From: Alistipes sp.
Lineage (GTDB): Bacteria; Bacteroidota; Bacteroidia; Bacteroidales; Rikenellaceae
NCBI GenBank assembly: GCA_017555975.1
Contig: JAFZFJ010000193.1
Location: 1 to 49,920 of the forward strand
Reading direction: 5' to 3'
Length of the DNA stretch: 49,920 nucleotides
The translations under genes and the position numbers were made by a program. How positions within the stretch are numbered: the first letter of the stretch is position 1; each line of letters starts with the position of its first letter. The notes below the pieces were generated by a model. It did no database searches and was not told the DNA's origin. It was given only the letters and a program-made list of their open reading frames with translations. This document shows positions 18,400-28,308 of this stretch, one piece after another.

Positions 18400-19260
18400 G
18401 TGAAGCATATCCTGGTATCACAACCCAAGCCGGCCATTCCTGAGAAGTCGCCCTTTAACGAAATCGCACAAAAACATCGTATTGAAATTGGCTATAAGCC
18501 CTTTATCCGCGTCGTAGGAGTTAGTCTGAAAGAGTTTAGATCGCAGCGCATCGAAATTCTGGACCACACGGCCGTTATCTTCACCTCCCGTTCTACCGTC
18601 GACAGCTTTTTCCACATTTGTGAGGAGGCTCGTATCACCGTCCCCGAGACGATGAAGTACATCTGCCAGACCGAGGCTGTTGCACTCTATCTGCAAAAGT
18701 ATATTGTCTATCGCAAGCGTAAGATTTCTTTTGCCGATGGTTCGTTCACCTCGCTCGTCGAGCAGATCGTAAAGCACAAGGAGGAGAAGTTCCTGCTGGC
18801 CATGAGCGAGCCCCACAAGCCCGAGCTGCCGGAGACGCTCAAGACCCTCAAGCTGACTGTTGATCCGGTGATTCTTTCGCGTACGGTGGCTGCCGATCTC
18901 GATGAGGTGAAGCTCGATGAGATCGACCTGCTAGCACTCTACTCGCCCTCGGACGTAAAGGCCCTGGTAGAGAAGTTCGGCACGGAGAATCTGCCGGCCA
19001 TCGCCGTCTTTGGCGCCGGCACGTTGCGCACGGCCTTCGATGCCGGCCTGACGGTTGTAGCCAATGCTCCGACCCCCGAGGCCCCCTCGATGGTCAAGGC
19101 CATTGACCTCTACCTGGACAAGGTGGCCAAAGGCGAGGAGGTAATCCCCGTTGAGCCGATCGAGGACAGCCAGAAAGAGGAGTTTATCCGCACCCAGCAG
19201 CACAAGCTGGCTAAGAAGAGTCGCACGCGTCGCACAACGACCACGGCGGCTGCGAAATAA
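18400..19260 (+). CDS. hemD: Uroporphyrinogen-III synthase (HemD)-like protein
   Basis: ILVSQPKP, VIFTS, YLQKYIVYRKRK and APTPEAPSM, typical of the Bacteroidota HemD-like family; GTG start. Confidence 0.8.
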   Translation: MKHILVSQPKPAIPEKSPFNEIAQKHRIEIGYKPFIRVVGVSLKEFRSQRIEILDHTAVIFTSRSTVDSFFHICEEARITVPETMKYICQTEAVALYLQKYIVYRKRKISFADGSFTSLVEQIVKHKEEKFLLAMSEPHKPELPETLKTLKLTVDPVILSRTVAADLDEVKLDEIDLLALYSPSDVKALVEKFGTENLPAIAVFGAGTLRTAFDAGLTVVANAPTPEAPSMVKAIDLYLDKVAKGEEVIPVEPIEDSQKEEFIRTQQHKLAKKSRTRRTTTTAAAK

Positions 19261-19283
19261 TAGCCCAATAACAACCCCGACCC

Positions 19284-19655
19284 ATGCCCGAGAGGACGCT
19301 TTCACGCACCGAACGACTCCGCACGTTGGGAGCCATCCGCCGTCTTTTCACGGAGGGTGAGTCGGGTTTTGTCTATCCCTTCCGCTATCTTTGGTACGCC
19401 GAAGCAGACACCCAACCTTCGGTTGAGGTGCTCTTTTCGGTGCCCAAGAAATACCACAAACGCGCCAACAAACGCAACCTCCTTCGCCGCCGCACGAAAG
19501 AGAGCTATCGCCTACAAAAAGAGGTGCTAACGCTTCACGTCGGAACGCGTAACCTCGATGTGGCGCTCATCTATTCGGCACGCGAGGTGTTGCCCTCGAA
19601 GAAGATCAACCATGCCGTCCACCGCATTTTGGAGTCGATTGCAGCACATCTTTAA
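19284..19655 (+). CDS. rnpA: Ribonuclease P protein component
   Basis: ERL, FSVPKK and [18 protein letters not shown] (RNR motif). Confidence 0.92.
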   Translation: MPERTLSRTERLRTLGAIRRLFTEGESGFVYPFRYLWYAEADTQPSVEVLFSVPKKYHKRANKRNLLRRRTKESYRLQKEVLTLHVGTRNLDVALIYSAREVLPSKKINHAVHRILESIAAHL

Positions 19656-19872
19656 GCGACTTGCAACGTTGCCGCTGATTGGCCTGGTGCGCTTCTATCA
19701 ATATTGCATCTCGCCGCTTACACCCCCATCGTGTCGTTTTACGCCAACCTGCTCGCAGTATGCCCTTGAAGCGTTGCAAAAGCATGGTCTAATAAAGGGG
19801 TTGTGGCTTACCCTGAAACGTCTTTCGCGCTGTCATCCCTGGGGTGGCAGTGGCTACGATCCCGTTCCCTAA
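19612..19872 (+). CDS. yidD: Membrane protein insertion efficiency factor
   Basis: [18 protein letters not shown] and [14 protein letters not shown] motifs. Confidence 0.93.
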   Translation: MPSTAFWSRLQHIFKRLATLPLIGLVRFYQYCISPLTPPSCRFTPTCSQYALEALQKHGLIKGLWLTLKRLSRCHPWGGSGYDPVP

Positions 19873-19891
19873 CCCATTTGCTTGCTGGACC

Positions 19892-21361
19892 ATGTCGTTC
19901 GATGCACTCAAACAACGGCTGTCAGAGTTGCCCCTCTTAAAGATCGCCTGCTGCATGGCGGTGGGTATTGTTTTGCAGCAATTCTTCGATGTGCCAACAC
20001 TGCTGATTTTGTTGGCATTGCTCGTAACGGGTTTAGGGAGCATCTTGCTACACAGCCGGGTGGCCTACCTGTTGGCTTTAACTGCCGGCGGGTACCTCAT
20101 CGCCGAGATCGGCTATAAACCCGACGCGGTCCCCTACCACGAACAACAAACGCTCCAAATCCGCATCACAGACGACGGCACACCCCGCACGCACTACACC
20201 CGTCACGAGGCACGTCTCGAGTCGTGGATGGATGCAGACAGCGACGCTGAACACCCGAACGGTGGCCGCCTCTGGCTCTACGCCGACACAACCCTACACC
20301 TGCGTTCCGGCATGCGCCTGCGCTACGATGCGAAGATCTATCCATTCTACCAAGACTCCACTACCGAGGCCTCTCAAATGACGGCTCGTGGCTATCTGGG
20401 ACGTTGCTACCTCTATGGCTACGACTACTACGACCCACTACCTCCGAGTGCGCCTACTCTGCATCAGAAGGCCGCTCGCCGACTCGAAGCACAACTTGCC
20501 ACCAAGAACGACGCCTCGGCGCTGGTACGTGCCATGACCGTAGGTGATCGCAGCGATATTCAACCTCCGTTGCGCGAGCAGTACGCCCGAAGCGGTCTTT
20601 CGCACCTGATGGCCCTTTCGGGTCTGCATACGGGCATGCTCTTTTTACTGATCAACCTACTCCTGTGGTGGCTTCCACTCCTGCACCGTGGTCATCGACT
20701 CAAGCACCTGCTCTCGATTGGGGCGGTGTGGCTATTTGTCGCCGCGGCTGGTTTCCCGGTCAGTGCGCTGCGTGCTGCAGTGATGTGCACGATGTTGCAA
20801 TGGGCCCTGCTGAGCAGTTCGAATTACCGTGCTCTGAATAGTTGGGCGGCAGCAGCCGTACTCTTGCTCGCGCTGCGCCCCTCATGGCTCTTCGATCTCA
20901 GTTTTCAACTCTCGTTCTTGGCCGTTTGGGCTATTTTGTGCTGGGGTGTGCCCCTCTGCCGAGCCCTACACGGACGATTCCGCATCCTGAACTACATCTC
21001 GGACGCCCTTCTGATCAGCCTGGTAGCCTCGATTGCTACAGCGCCACTTATCGCACACCAATTCGGCATGATTCCCCTACTCGGTGTCCTAATCAACCCA
21101 CCCGCCATTCTGCTTGCCACCGCCATTGTGGCCCTGGGTCTGTTGTTGCTGCTCCTTCCGCCACTTACGCCCGTGTTGCAACCCCTCGTGTTGCAATTGG
21201 CCACGTGGCAGAACCTGTTGGCCGAGCGGTGTGCCGCCCTGGCATGTAGCTCGATTGAAGTGCACCTCTCGGGAACGGCAACGAGCATCATCTACCTCTT
21301 TTTCCTGGTTTTGACCCTCGTTGCATGGTGTCGGGATCGAAAAAAAAGCGTACATTTGTAG
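19892..21361 (+). CDS. comEC: ComEC/Rec2 family competence membrane protein
   Basis: GLSHLMALSGLH, SALRA and SFQLSFLAV motifs; multi-TM; no C-terminal beta-lactamase domain. Confidence 0.88.
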   Translation: MSFDALKQRLSELPLLKIACCMAVGIVLQQFFDVPTLLILLALLVTGLGSILLHSRVAYLLALTAGGYLIAEIGYKPDAVPYHEQQTLQIRITDDGTPRTHYTRHEARLESWMDADSDAEHPNGGRLWLYADTTLHLRSGMRLRYDAKIYPFYQDSTTEASQMTARGYLGRCYLYGYDYYDPLPPSAPTLHQKAARRLEAQLATKNDASALVRAMTVGDRSDIQPPLREQYARSGLSHLMALSGLHTGMLFLLINLLLWWLPLLHRGHRLKHLLSIGAVWLFVAAAGFPVSALRAAVMCTMLQWALLSSSNYRALNSWAAAAVLLLALRPSWLFDLSFQLSFLAVWAILCWGVPLCRALHGRFRILNYISDALLISLVASIATAPLIAHQFGMIPLLGVLINPPAILLATAIVALGLLLLLLPPLTPVLQPLVLQLATWQNLLAERCAALACSSIEVHLSGTATSIIYLFFLVLTLVAWCRDRKKSVHL

Positions 21362-21362
21362 T

Positions 21363-22511
21363 ATGCTCACTCACGAAGAATATACCCTGCTTTTGACCGA
21401 CGACGTACGCACGGCGATTCGCAACAACCGAGGACGTGATCCGCTGGCTGTGGCGCTCGATCGCACGATCGAACATGCCCGTCTGGTAGCTACGCAACTG
21501 AAATACCTCGCCCGAGCCGAGTCGAAGCTCCCGAGCTATGTCGAGGCGGGGTGCATCCTGCCCCCCAGAGCCTTCGAGCAGTGTTCAAGCGAGCGCACTG
21601 CCGCCCACAAGCCAATCGGAGGCAGACGTGTATTGGACCTCACCTGCGGTCTGGGTGTCGATGCCCATGCCCTCGCGGCACGCTGTGAGGAGGTGATCAC
21701 CCTGGAGCGCAACGAGGTGTTGGCCGAGGTGGCCCGCGAAAATTTCCGACGACTGGGAATCACCAACGTCACGGTCCTCACAACCGATGCCGAGTCCTAT
21801 GTCGCCTCGTGTACCGAACACTTCGACTGGATCTATGCCGATCCCGACCGTCGCTCAGCCGAGGGTCGCAAGTTGGTCTGCCTGGAGGATTGTTCGCCCG
21901 ATATCTTGCAGTTAATGCCTCGTCTGAAGGCCTTGGCACCGCGCTTGTGCCTGAAAAATTCACCCTTATTTGATGTGGATGAGGCTCGCAGACTCTTTCC
22001 GGAATGTGCCGTCGAGGTCGTTTCGCTGGGTGGCGAGTGCAAGGAAGTGCTGATACTTGTGGGCGAGGATATTACGCCCCGCCTGACCGCCACGGCACTC
22101 GATGTGGGTAGTTACAGTGTAACCGAGCCATTTGAGCCAACCCCTCCGAGCGGCTTCAACCACGAAGCCTACCGCTACCTGGTGCAATGCGACGTGGCGC
22201 TGCAAAAGGCACGCCTGGTGCGTCGCCACCTGCACGGCAAGGCCGACTGCTGGAGCGAGAACGGCTATGGATTTGCCACCGAACAGCCTGAGGGTATTGT
22301 GGGTCGCATCTATGCAATCGACCACATCGAGCCCTACGACCCCAAGCGACTAAAGCGGTCGCTCAAAGGGGTGAAGGCCGAACTGTTGAAGCGCGATTTC
22401 CCCCTTGCAATCGAGGAACTCCGCAAACGATTGGGGGTCGAAGCCGGCAACGAAAGGCGGGTCGCCTTCACAAAAATAGGCGCCGCATATTGGACAATTT
22501 GGTTAAAATAA
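21363..22511 (+). CDS. Class I SAM-dependent methyltransferase with THUMP-like C-terminus
   Basis: EQCSS, VLDLTCGLGVD, YADPDRR and LKNSPLFD motifs; start MLTHEE. Confidence 0.82.
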   Translation: MLTHEEYTLLLTDDVRTAIRNNRGRDPLAVALDRTIEHARLVATQLKYLARAESKLPSYVEAGCILPPRAFEQCSSERTAAHKPIGGRRVLDLTCGLGVDAHALAARCEEVITLERNEVLAEVARENFRRLGITNVTVLTTDAESYVASCTEHFDWIYADPDRRSAEGRKLVCLEDCSPDILQLMPRLKALAPRLCLKNSPLFDVDEARRLFPECAVEVVSLGGECKEVLILVGEDITPRLTATALDVGSYSVTEPFEPTPPSGFNHEAYRYLVQCDVALQKARLVRRHLHGKADCWSENGYGFATEQPEGIVGRIYAIDHIEPYDPKRLKRSLKGVKAELLKRDFPLAIEELRKRLGVEAGNERRVAFTKIGAAYWTIWLK

Positions 22512-22543
22512 GTAGCTTTGTAGGAAAGCGAAACGTACAAGGT

Positions 22544-23842
22544 ATGAAACTGAACGAACTCTACACCTTCTTTACCGAGACGGTCTTTCAGCGCAACGAC
22601 AAGAGCTGGAAAAATCCGTTGCTCAGGATGCTGATTCGTATCTATAAGCTCCTCTTCTACATGGTGCGCGGTATGCTCAACCATGGAACGCTCGTGCGTA
22701 GTGCCGCAATGACCTACTACACGGTTACCTCGCTCGTGCCGATTCTGGCCGTCGCCTTTGCCCTGGTGAAGGGTTTTGGCTTGGCCGACTCGATGGTACA
22801 GTCTCTCTACGGACTCTTCCCGCAATATCCCGAAGCGATCGACTATGTGGTTGCCTTTGCCGAAAATGCCCTGGCACGTACGCGTGGCGGATTGATGGCC
22901 TCGGTCGCTTTGGTCATGCTCTTTTGGTCGATTATTCAGCTTTTCGGCTCGATTGAGAGCGCCTTCAACAACATCTGGGAGGTGAAGACTACGCGCAGCA
23001 TCGCCCGCCAATGGAGCGACTACCTGGCCGTGACGCTCATCGTGCCGATCCTCTGGATCGTTGCCTATGCCGTGGGTGGTCACCTCGAGGAGATATGGCA
23101 GGATACCTGGTACTTCCGCATCTTGTCGCACATGCTGTCGATGATCCTCATGTGGGTGATGTTTACGCTCCTGTACCTGATCATCCCCAACGCCAAGGTG
23201 AAGCTTTCGAGCGCCCTGACGGCCGGTATCGTAGCCGGTACCATTTTCCTGCTCTTCCAGTGGGGTTACGTCTATTTGCAGACGGCCATGACCTCCTACA
23301 ACGCCATCTACGGTAGCTTTGCGGCCCTGCCGCTCTTCCTGCTCTGGGTGCAGATTTCGTGGCAGATTCTGCTCATCGGTGGCGAGCTATCGTTTGCCTT
23401 CCAGAACATCACCCGCTTCGGTGAGGAGCACGAATGGCAACGCATCAGCTACGACCAGCGTCGCAAGGTGATGTTGGCCGCCATGGTGATCATCGTGCGC
23501 CACTTCCAAAAACATGGGGGCGCCTTATCGGCAGCCACGATTCGCGAGGAGTTGAATCTGCCGACCCGTATCATCAACGATGTGCTCTTCCAGCTCACCC
23601 GCGCCGGACAATTGATCGATGCCCGCCAAAGCGACAACGAGCGCGAGGCCTCCTATGCCCCGGCCTACGACATCGCACGCATGACCCTCTACGGAGTGCT
23701 GTCGGCGGTGGAGAACCACGGCGACAACCCCCTGATCTTCGAGGCCGAGAGCGATTTGCAGCGCGTCGAGGAGGTGCTGGAGGGTATCAAGCAGGATTCG
23801 CTTGAATCGTCGCGTAACGTCCGTTTAATCGAGCTGGTGTAA
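22544..23842 (+). CDS. YihY/virulence factor BrkB family membrane protein
   Basis: SAAMTYYT..SLVP, IESAFNNIW and YNAIYGSFAALPLFLLW motifs; TAGCTTTG promoter at 22513-22520. Confidence 0.9.
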   Translation: MKLNELYTFFTETVFQRNDKSWKNPLLRMLIRIYKLLFYMVRGMLNHGTLVRSAAMTYYTVTSLVPILAVAFALVKGFGLADSMVQSLYGLFPQYPEAIDYVVAFAENALARTRGGLMASVALVMLFWSIIQLFGSIESAFNNIWEVKTTRSIARQWSDYLAVTLIVPILWIVAYAVGGHLEEIWQDTWYFRILSHMLSMILMWVMFTLLYLIIPNAKVKLSSALTAGIVAGTIFLLFQWGYVYLQTAMTSYNAIYGSFAALPLFLLWVQISWQILLIGGELSFAFQNITRFGEEHEWQRISYDQRRKVMLAAMVIIVRHFQKHGGALSAATIREELNLPTRIINDVLFQLTRAGQLIDARQSDNEREASYAPAYDIARMTLYGVLSAVENHGDNPLIFEAESDLQRVEEVLEGIKQDSLESSRNVRLIELV

Positions 23843-24624
23843 TGATTCGTCGTGTCGTTTTAATCGGTAGTGGCAACGTCGCCGAGAGCCTTGCACAAGC
23901 CATCGCCTCGTGCGAGGAACTGACGCTCGTGCAGCTCTATGCCCGCAACGAGACGCGTGGCAAAGAGGTTGCCGCATTGAGTCACTGCCCCCATACGGCC
24001 GACCCGCAACAACTCGACCCTACGGCCGATCTCTACCTGCTTTCGGTAAGCGATCGCGCCGTCGAGGAGCTTGCGCAACAACTCCCCATCCCCCAAACAG
24101 CCATCGTGGCCCACACGGCCGGCAGTGTGGCGTTGGATGCCCTGCGGCCCTATCCGCATCGCGCCATTCTCTACCCTTTCCAGGGTTTTTCAGCCGGGCG
24201 CAGGATCGATTTTCGGACTGTTCCCCTCTTTCTGGAGGCTTCCGAAGAAGATGACCTAGAGGCACTTACGGCCTTTGCCCAACTTTTGAGTCATCAGGTC
24301 TACGAGGCCGACTCTGCACGGCGCAAGCGAATTCACCTGGCCGGAGTTATTGCCAACAACTTTGTCAACCAGCTCTACGCCGCAGCCACGGATCTGCTGC
24401 ATGAGGCCGACCTGCCGTATGAGGTACTCAAACCGCTCATCCACGAAACAGCCTCGAAGGCGATTGATGCTGCGCATCCGGCCCTGGTGCAGACCGGTCC
24501 TGCTAAACGTGGCGATCGTGCCACCCAGGAGGGGCACCTCGCACTGCTCAACGATAAACCCGAACTCAAAGCAATTTACGAACTGATAAGCCAACAAATA
24601 TGGGAAACTTCAAAGAAGATATAG
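23842..24624 (+). CDS. Rossmann-like + DUF2520 oxidoreductase (PanG-type ketopantoate reductase candidate)
   Basis: IGSGNVA, HTAGS, HLAGVIANNF and QTGPAKRGD motifs. Confidence 0.82.
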   Translation: MIRRVVLIGSGNVAESLAQAIASCEELTLVQLYARNETRGKEVAALSHCPHTADPQQLDPTADLYLLSVSDRAVEELAQQLPIPQTAIVAHTAGSVALDALRPYPHRAILYPFQGFSAGRRIDFRTVPLFLEASEEDDLEALTAFAQLLSHQVYEADSARRKRIHLAGVIANNFVNQLYAAATDLLHEADLPYEVLKPLIHETASKAIDAAHPALVQTGPAKRGDRATQEGHLALLNDKPELKAIYELISQQIWETSKKI

Positions 24625-25145
24625 CTCGCGTCGAAGCGATGATTTTCGACGTAGATGGCGTGATGACCGACGGTCGCATCATCCCCACCGCTGAGGGTGA
24701 TTTTATCCGCTGCTACAACTGCAAGGATGGCTACGCCTTGGCCTACGCCATTCGCCACGGCTACCGCGTCTGTGTCATTACGGGTGGCTATGGCAAGATC
24801 CTGGAGCGCCGCCTGCGCATGCTTGGCATGCAGGATTACTACATCGACTGCATGGATAAGATTTCGACCCTGCGCGAATACATGAAGAAATACAACCTCA
24901 ACCCCGAAAATGTCCTCTACATGGGCGACGATATTCCCGACCTGGAGTGCATGCGCGAGGTGGGCATGCCGGTTTGCCCGGCAGACTCGGCACCCGAGGT
25001 GATCGAGTGCTCGCGCTACGTGTCGGAGTTTGTGGGTGGCCGTGGCGCCGTGCGCGACATTGTGGAGCAGGTGCTCCGCGCCCGTGGCGATTGGGCTAAG
25101 AGTTCGGAGGGTGTGACCCCCTCATCGCTCGTGGCTTCGCGCTAA
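24600..25145 (+). CDS. kdsC: KdsC-family HAD phosphatase (KDO-8-phosphate phosphatase)
   Basis: FDVDGVMTDG, KDG, ITGG, MGDDIPD and GGRGAVRD motifs. Confidence 0.88.
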   Translation: MGNFKEDIARVEAMIFDVDGVMTDGRIIPTAEGDFIRCYNCKDGYALAYAIRHGYRVCVITGGYGKILERRLRMLGMQDYYIDCMDKISTLREYMKKYNLNPENVLYMGDDIPDLECMREVGMPVCPADSAPEVIECSRYVSEFVGGRGAVRDIVEQVLRARGDWAKSSEGVTPSSLVASR

Positions 25146-25163
25146 TGCGCACGCATAGAAAAA

Positions 25164-25194
25164 CAAGAGGCTGTCCTAATTGGACAGCCTCTTG
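25164..25194. terminator. Terminator between convergent operons
   Basis: CAAGAGGCTGTCC-taatt-GGACAGCCTCTTG. Confidence 0.8.
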
Positions 25195-25222
25195 CCTATT
25201 TTAAGACTTACGATAAAAGCGA

Positions 25223-26527
25223 TTACTCCTTAGCCGTGCTCCAGCCGTAGAACATTACGACGAGGAAGCAGACGAGCGGCAGGATGAACGAGAGGTTCAC
25301 GGCGGGCCAGCCCATGAGCGTACCGCAGTCGATGATCATTGCCTGAACAGGGGGAAGTACCGAGCCACCCAGAATAGCCATAATCAGACCGGCAGCACCA
25401 AACTTAGCATCCTCGCCCATACCCTCGAGGGCAATACCATAGATCGTCGGGAACATGAGCGACATGCAGGCCGAAACAGCCACCAGGCAGTACAGACCCA
25501 TGCGACCATCGATGGCAATCACACCCGCCGTAGCGATCGTAGCGGCAATGGCCAGGAAGAACAACAGACGACCCGGGTTAATGTACTTCAGCAGGTAGGT
25601 GCAGATGAAGCGCGACGAGCAGAAGATCATCATCGCGATGATGTTATAACGCTGTGAGAGCACCTCGGCATCGATCTCGGCCATACCCTCACCCACAAAG
25701 ACGCGCGTACCGTACTGGATAATGAAGGTCCAGCACATGATCTGCGCACCCACATAGGCAAACTGAGCAATTACACCATTACGGTAGCGCTTCTGCGAGA
25801 AGATACGCTTCAGCGTAGGCAGCAAACCATCCTGTTTCGACGACTCCTGCACCTTGGGCATACGCGCCAGCCAGATCACCAGGAACATGGCCGTGATGAC
25901 CGCACCAATGATCAGATAAGGGGTAATGAGCACCTGCAAATCGGCCTGCTTCATCACCTCGAACTCCGCCTCCGAAAGCGTAGCACGACCTGCCGTATCG
26001 AGCGGATTGAGCTTCGCCTGGATGAAGTTCATCGCCACATACATACCCAAGAGCGAGCCCATCGGGTTGAAGGCCTGCGCCAGGTTCAGACGGCGCGTAG
26101 CCGTAGCCTCCGAACCCATCGAGAGGATGTAGGGGTTGGCACTCGTCTCGAGGAACGAGAGACCACACGTGAGGATAAAGTAGGCCGCCAGGAAGGGGTA
26201 GTAGCTACCGGTCATCTTCGCCGGGAAGAAGAGGAAAGCACCAATGGCATAGAGGCCCAGACCCATCAGAATACCCGCCTTGTAGGAGTAGCGGCGGATG
26301 AACATGGCAGCCGGGAAGGCCATGGCAAAGTAGCCACCATAGAAGGCCACCTGCACCAACGCACCATCCGTAACGCTCATGCGGAAAATCTTCGAGAAGG
26401 CCTTCACCATCGGGTTCGTAATGTCGTTGGCAAAGCCCCACAACGCGAAACACGAGGTGATCAAAATAAACGGAATGAGGTAGTTCACCCCGTTGTGTTT
26501 GAGAATGGATTCTTTGATTTTGTTCAT
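25223..26527 (-). CDS. fucP: FucP-like sugar:H+ symporter (MFS)
   Basis: FALWGFAN, LETSANPY, RRLNLAQAFNP and MSLMFPTIY motifs. Confidence 0.85.
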   Translation of the reverse strand: MNKIKESILKHNGVNYLIPFILITSCFALWGFANDITNPMVKAFSKIFRMSVTDGALVQVAFYGGYFAMAFPAAMFIRRYSYKAGILMGLGLYAIGAFLFFPAKMTGSYYPFLAAYFILTCGLSFLETSANPYILSMGSEATATRRLNLAQAFNPMGSLLGMYVAMNFIQAKLNPLDTAGRATLSEAEFEVMKQADLQVLITPYLIIGAVITAMFLVIWLARMPKVQESSKQDGLLPTLKRIFSQKRYRNGVIAQFAYVGAQIMCWTFIIQYGTRVFVGEGMAEIDAEVLSQRYNIIAMMIFCSSRFICTYLLKYINPGRLLFFLAIAATIATAGVIAIDGRMGLYCLVAVSACMSLMFPTIYGIALEGMGEDAKFGAAGLIMAILGGSVLPPVQAMIIDCGTLMGWPAVNLSFILPLVCFLVVMFYGWSTAKE

Positions 26528-26545
26528 AGATTCGTTATTTTATTG

Positions 26546-27037
26546 CTATTCGTTTTCGCTAATAAGGTCGGCAACCGTCGCCTCGGTATAGACCACCAAA
26601 TCGCGGGGCGAGAGTTTCAGTTGCAAGCCACGCACGCCGGCCGAGATGTAGATGTAATCGTACAGCTCAGCACTTTCGTGCAGCAAGGTTGGGAACCGTT
26701 TTTTCATCCCGATCGGCGTACAGCCACCCCGAATGTAACCCGTCGTGGGCAACAGCTCTTTCATCGGAATCATCTGCGCACTCTTATTGCCCGACAGTCG
26801 TGCCACCTTCTTCAGGTCAACCTCCCGATCGCCCGGAACCACACAGACAAAATGTCCGTTGCGGTCACCCTTCAGAACCAGCGTCTTAAAAACCTGCTCG
26901 ATCGGCTCGCCCAACTCCTCGGCCACATGGGTAGCCGCCAGGTCGTTCTCATCGACCGTGTAGGGAATCAGGTCGTAGCTGATGCCAGCCCGATCCAACA
27001 AGCGGGCAGCATTGGTCTTCTCGAGCTTCTTGGCCAT
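26546..27037 (-). CDS. ybaK: Cys-tRNA(Pro) deacylase
   Basis: KTNAARLL, VFKTLV, TGYIRGGCTPIG and SAGVRG motifs; TAATG overlap with the upstream MFS gene. Confidence 0.93.
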   Translation of the reverse strand: MAKKLEKTNAARLLDRAGISYDLIPYTVDENDLAATHVAEELGEPIEQVFKTLVLKGDRNGHFVCVVPGDREVDLKKVARLSGNKSAQMIPMKELLPTTGYIRGGCTPIGMKKRFPTLLHESAELYDYIYISAGVRGLQLKLSPRDLVVYTEATVADLISENE

Positions 27038-28308
27038 TAGGCGAGGGTCTTTTTCGGCAGGAACAGATGCAGGCAGCACCAAGCCAGCAGGTAAGCCAAA
27101 CCGGCCATCATGAAGACGACGAAGTAGCTACCCGTCAACTCCAGTACGTTACCCACAGCCGAGGCAGCCAACACACCACCGATCGAGCCGGTAAAGCCCG
27201 CCAGCGAGGTCACCGTAGCCACACGGTTCTTAGGATAGTAGTCCGAAACGAGCGTGTAGATATTCGACGCCCAACCCTGGTGAGCAAAGCAAGCGACCGA
27301 GATGATGGCGATCGAACCCCACAACGTATTGACCTCAGGAATCAGGATCACGGGAACAACGAGCAGGGCGCAGGTCAACAGCGCCGTCTTACGCGAGAAG
27401 GCCACCGTGCGACCCATACGGATCAACTTCGAGGAGAGGTAACCACCAAAGATACCACCAAACGAGGAGAAGGTGTAAATCACAATCAGCGGCAACACCA
27501 TCTGCTGGATATTCACGCCGTAGGTCTTCTCCATAAAGTCGGGCGTCCAGAAGAGGAAGAACCACCACACCCAGTCGCAGACAAAGCGCGAGAGGGTGAT
27601 ACCGATCGTGGCGCGCTCGGTGAGCAACTTGCGCCAATTCACCTTATCGGCCACCTGTGGGGCATCCTGCTCCGTATCATCCTGCTCAATGTAGGCCAGC
27701 TCCGCAGCCGAAACATGCTTCGACTCGCGCGGCAGACGATAGACCAAAAGCCAGGCAATCATCCAGACGAAGCCCAACGAACCGGTCACGATGAAGGCAA
27801 TCTGCCAACCATAGGTCACCGTGAGGAAGGTAACGATAATCGGAGCTACTACGGCACCGATGTTACTACCCGAATTAAAGATACCCGTAGCCAGCGCGCG
27901 CTCCTTCTTGGGGAACCACTCGGCCGTAGCCTTGATGGCGGCGGGGAAGTTGGCACTTTCACCCAGACCGAGGAAGAAACGAGCCAGACCAAAGCCCATG
28001 GTGGCACGTGCTACGGCGTGCAGACAGCCTGCAATCGACCACACAGCAATGGCGAAGGCATACGAGAGGCGTGTACCAAAACGATCGATCAGGCGACCCA
28101 CGAACAACAAGCCAATGGCATAGGCGGCCTGGAAGGCCGACACGATGTAACCATAGGCCGCCTCCGAGAGGTTAATCTCGTCGGCAATGACCGGCTTGAG
28201 CATGCTCAACACCTGACGGTCGATGTAGTTGATCGTCGTGGCAAAGAACAACAGAGCCACCACCGACCAACGGTAGTTGCCCACTTTCTGCGAATTATTT
28301 ATCGACAT
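27037..28308 (-). CDS. MFS transporter, ExuT/hexuronate-like (ACS family)
   Basis: INYIDRQ, GESANFPAAIKATAEWFPKKERALATGIFNSG and WWFFLFWTP motifs. Confidence 0.88.
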   Translation of the reverse strand: MSINNSQKVGNYRWSVVALLFFATTINYIDRQVLSMLKPVIADEINLSEAAYGYIVSAFQAAYAIGLLFVGRLIDRFGTRLSYAFAIAVWSIAGCLHAVARATMGFGLARFFLGLGESANFPAAIKATAEWFPKKERALATGIFNSGSNIGAVVAPIIVTFLTVTYGWQIAFIVTGSLGFVWMIAWLLVYRLPRESKHVSAAELAYIEQDDTEQDAPQVADKVNWRKLLTERATIGITLSRFVCDWVWWFFLFWTPDFMEKTYGVNIQQMVLPLIVIYTFSSFGGIFGGYLSSKLIRMGRTVAFSRKTALLTCALLVVPVILIPEVNTLWGSIAIISVACFAHQGWASNIYTLVSDYYPKNRVATVTSLAGFTGSIGGVLAASAVGNVLELTGSYFVVFMMAGLAYLLAWCCLHLFLPKKTLA

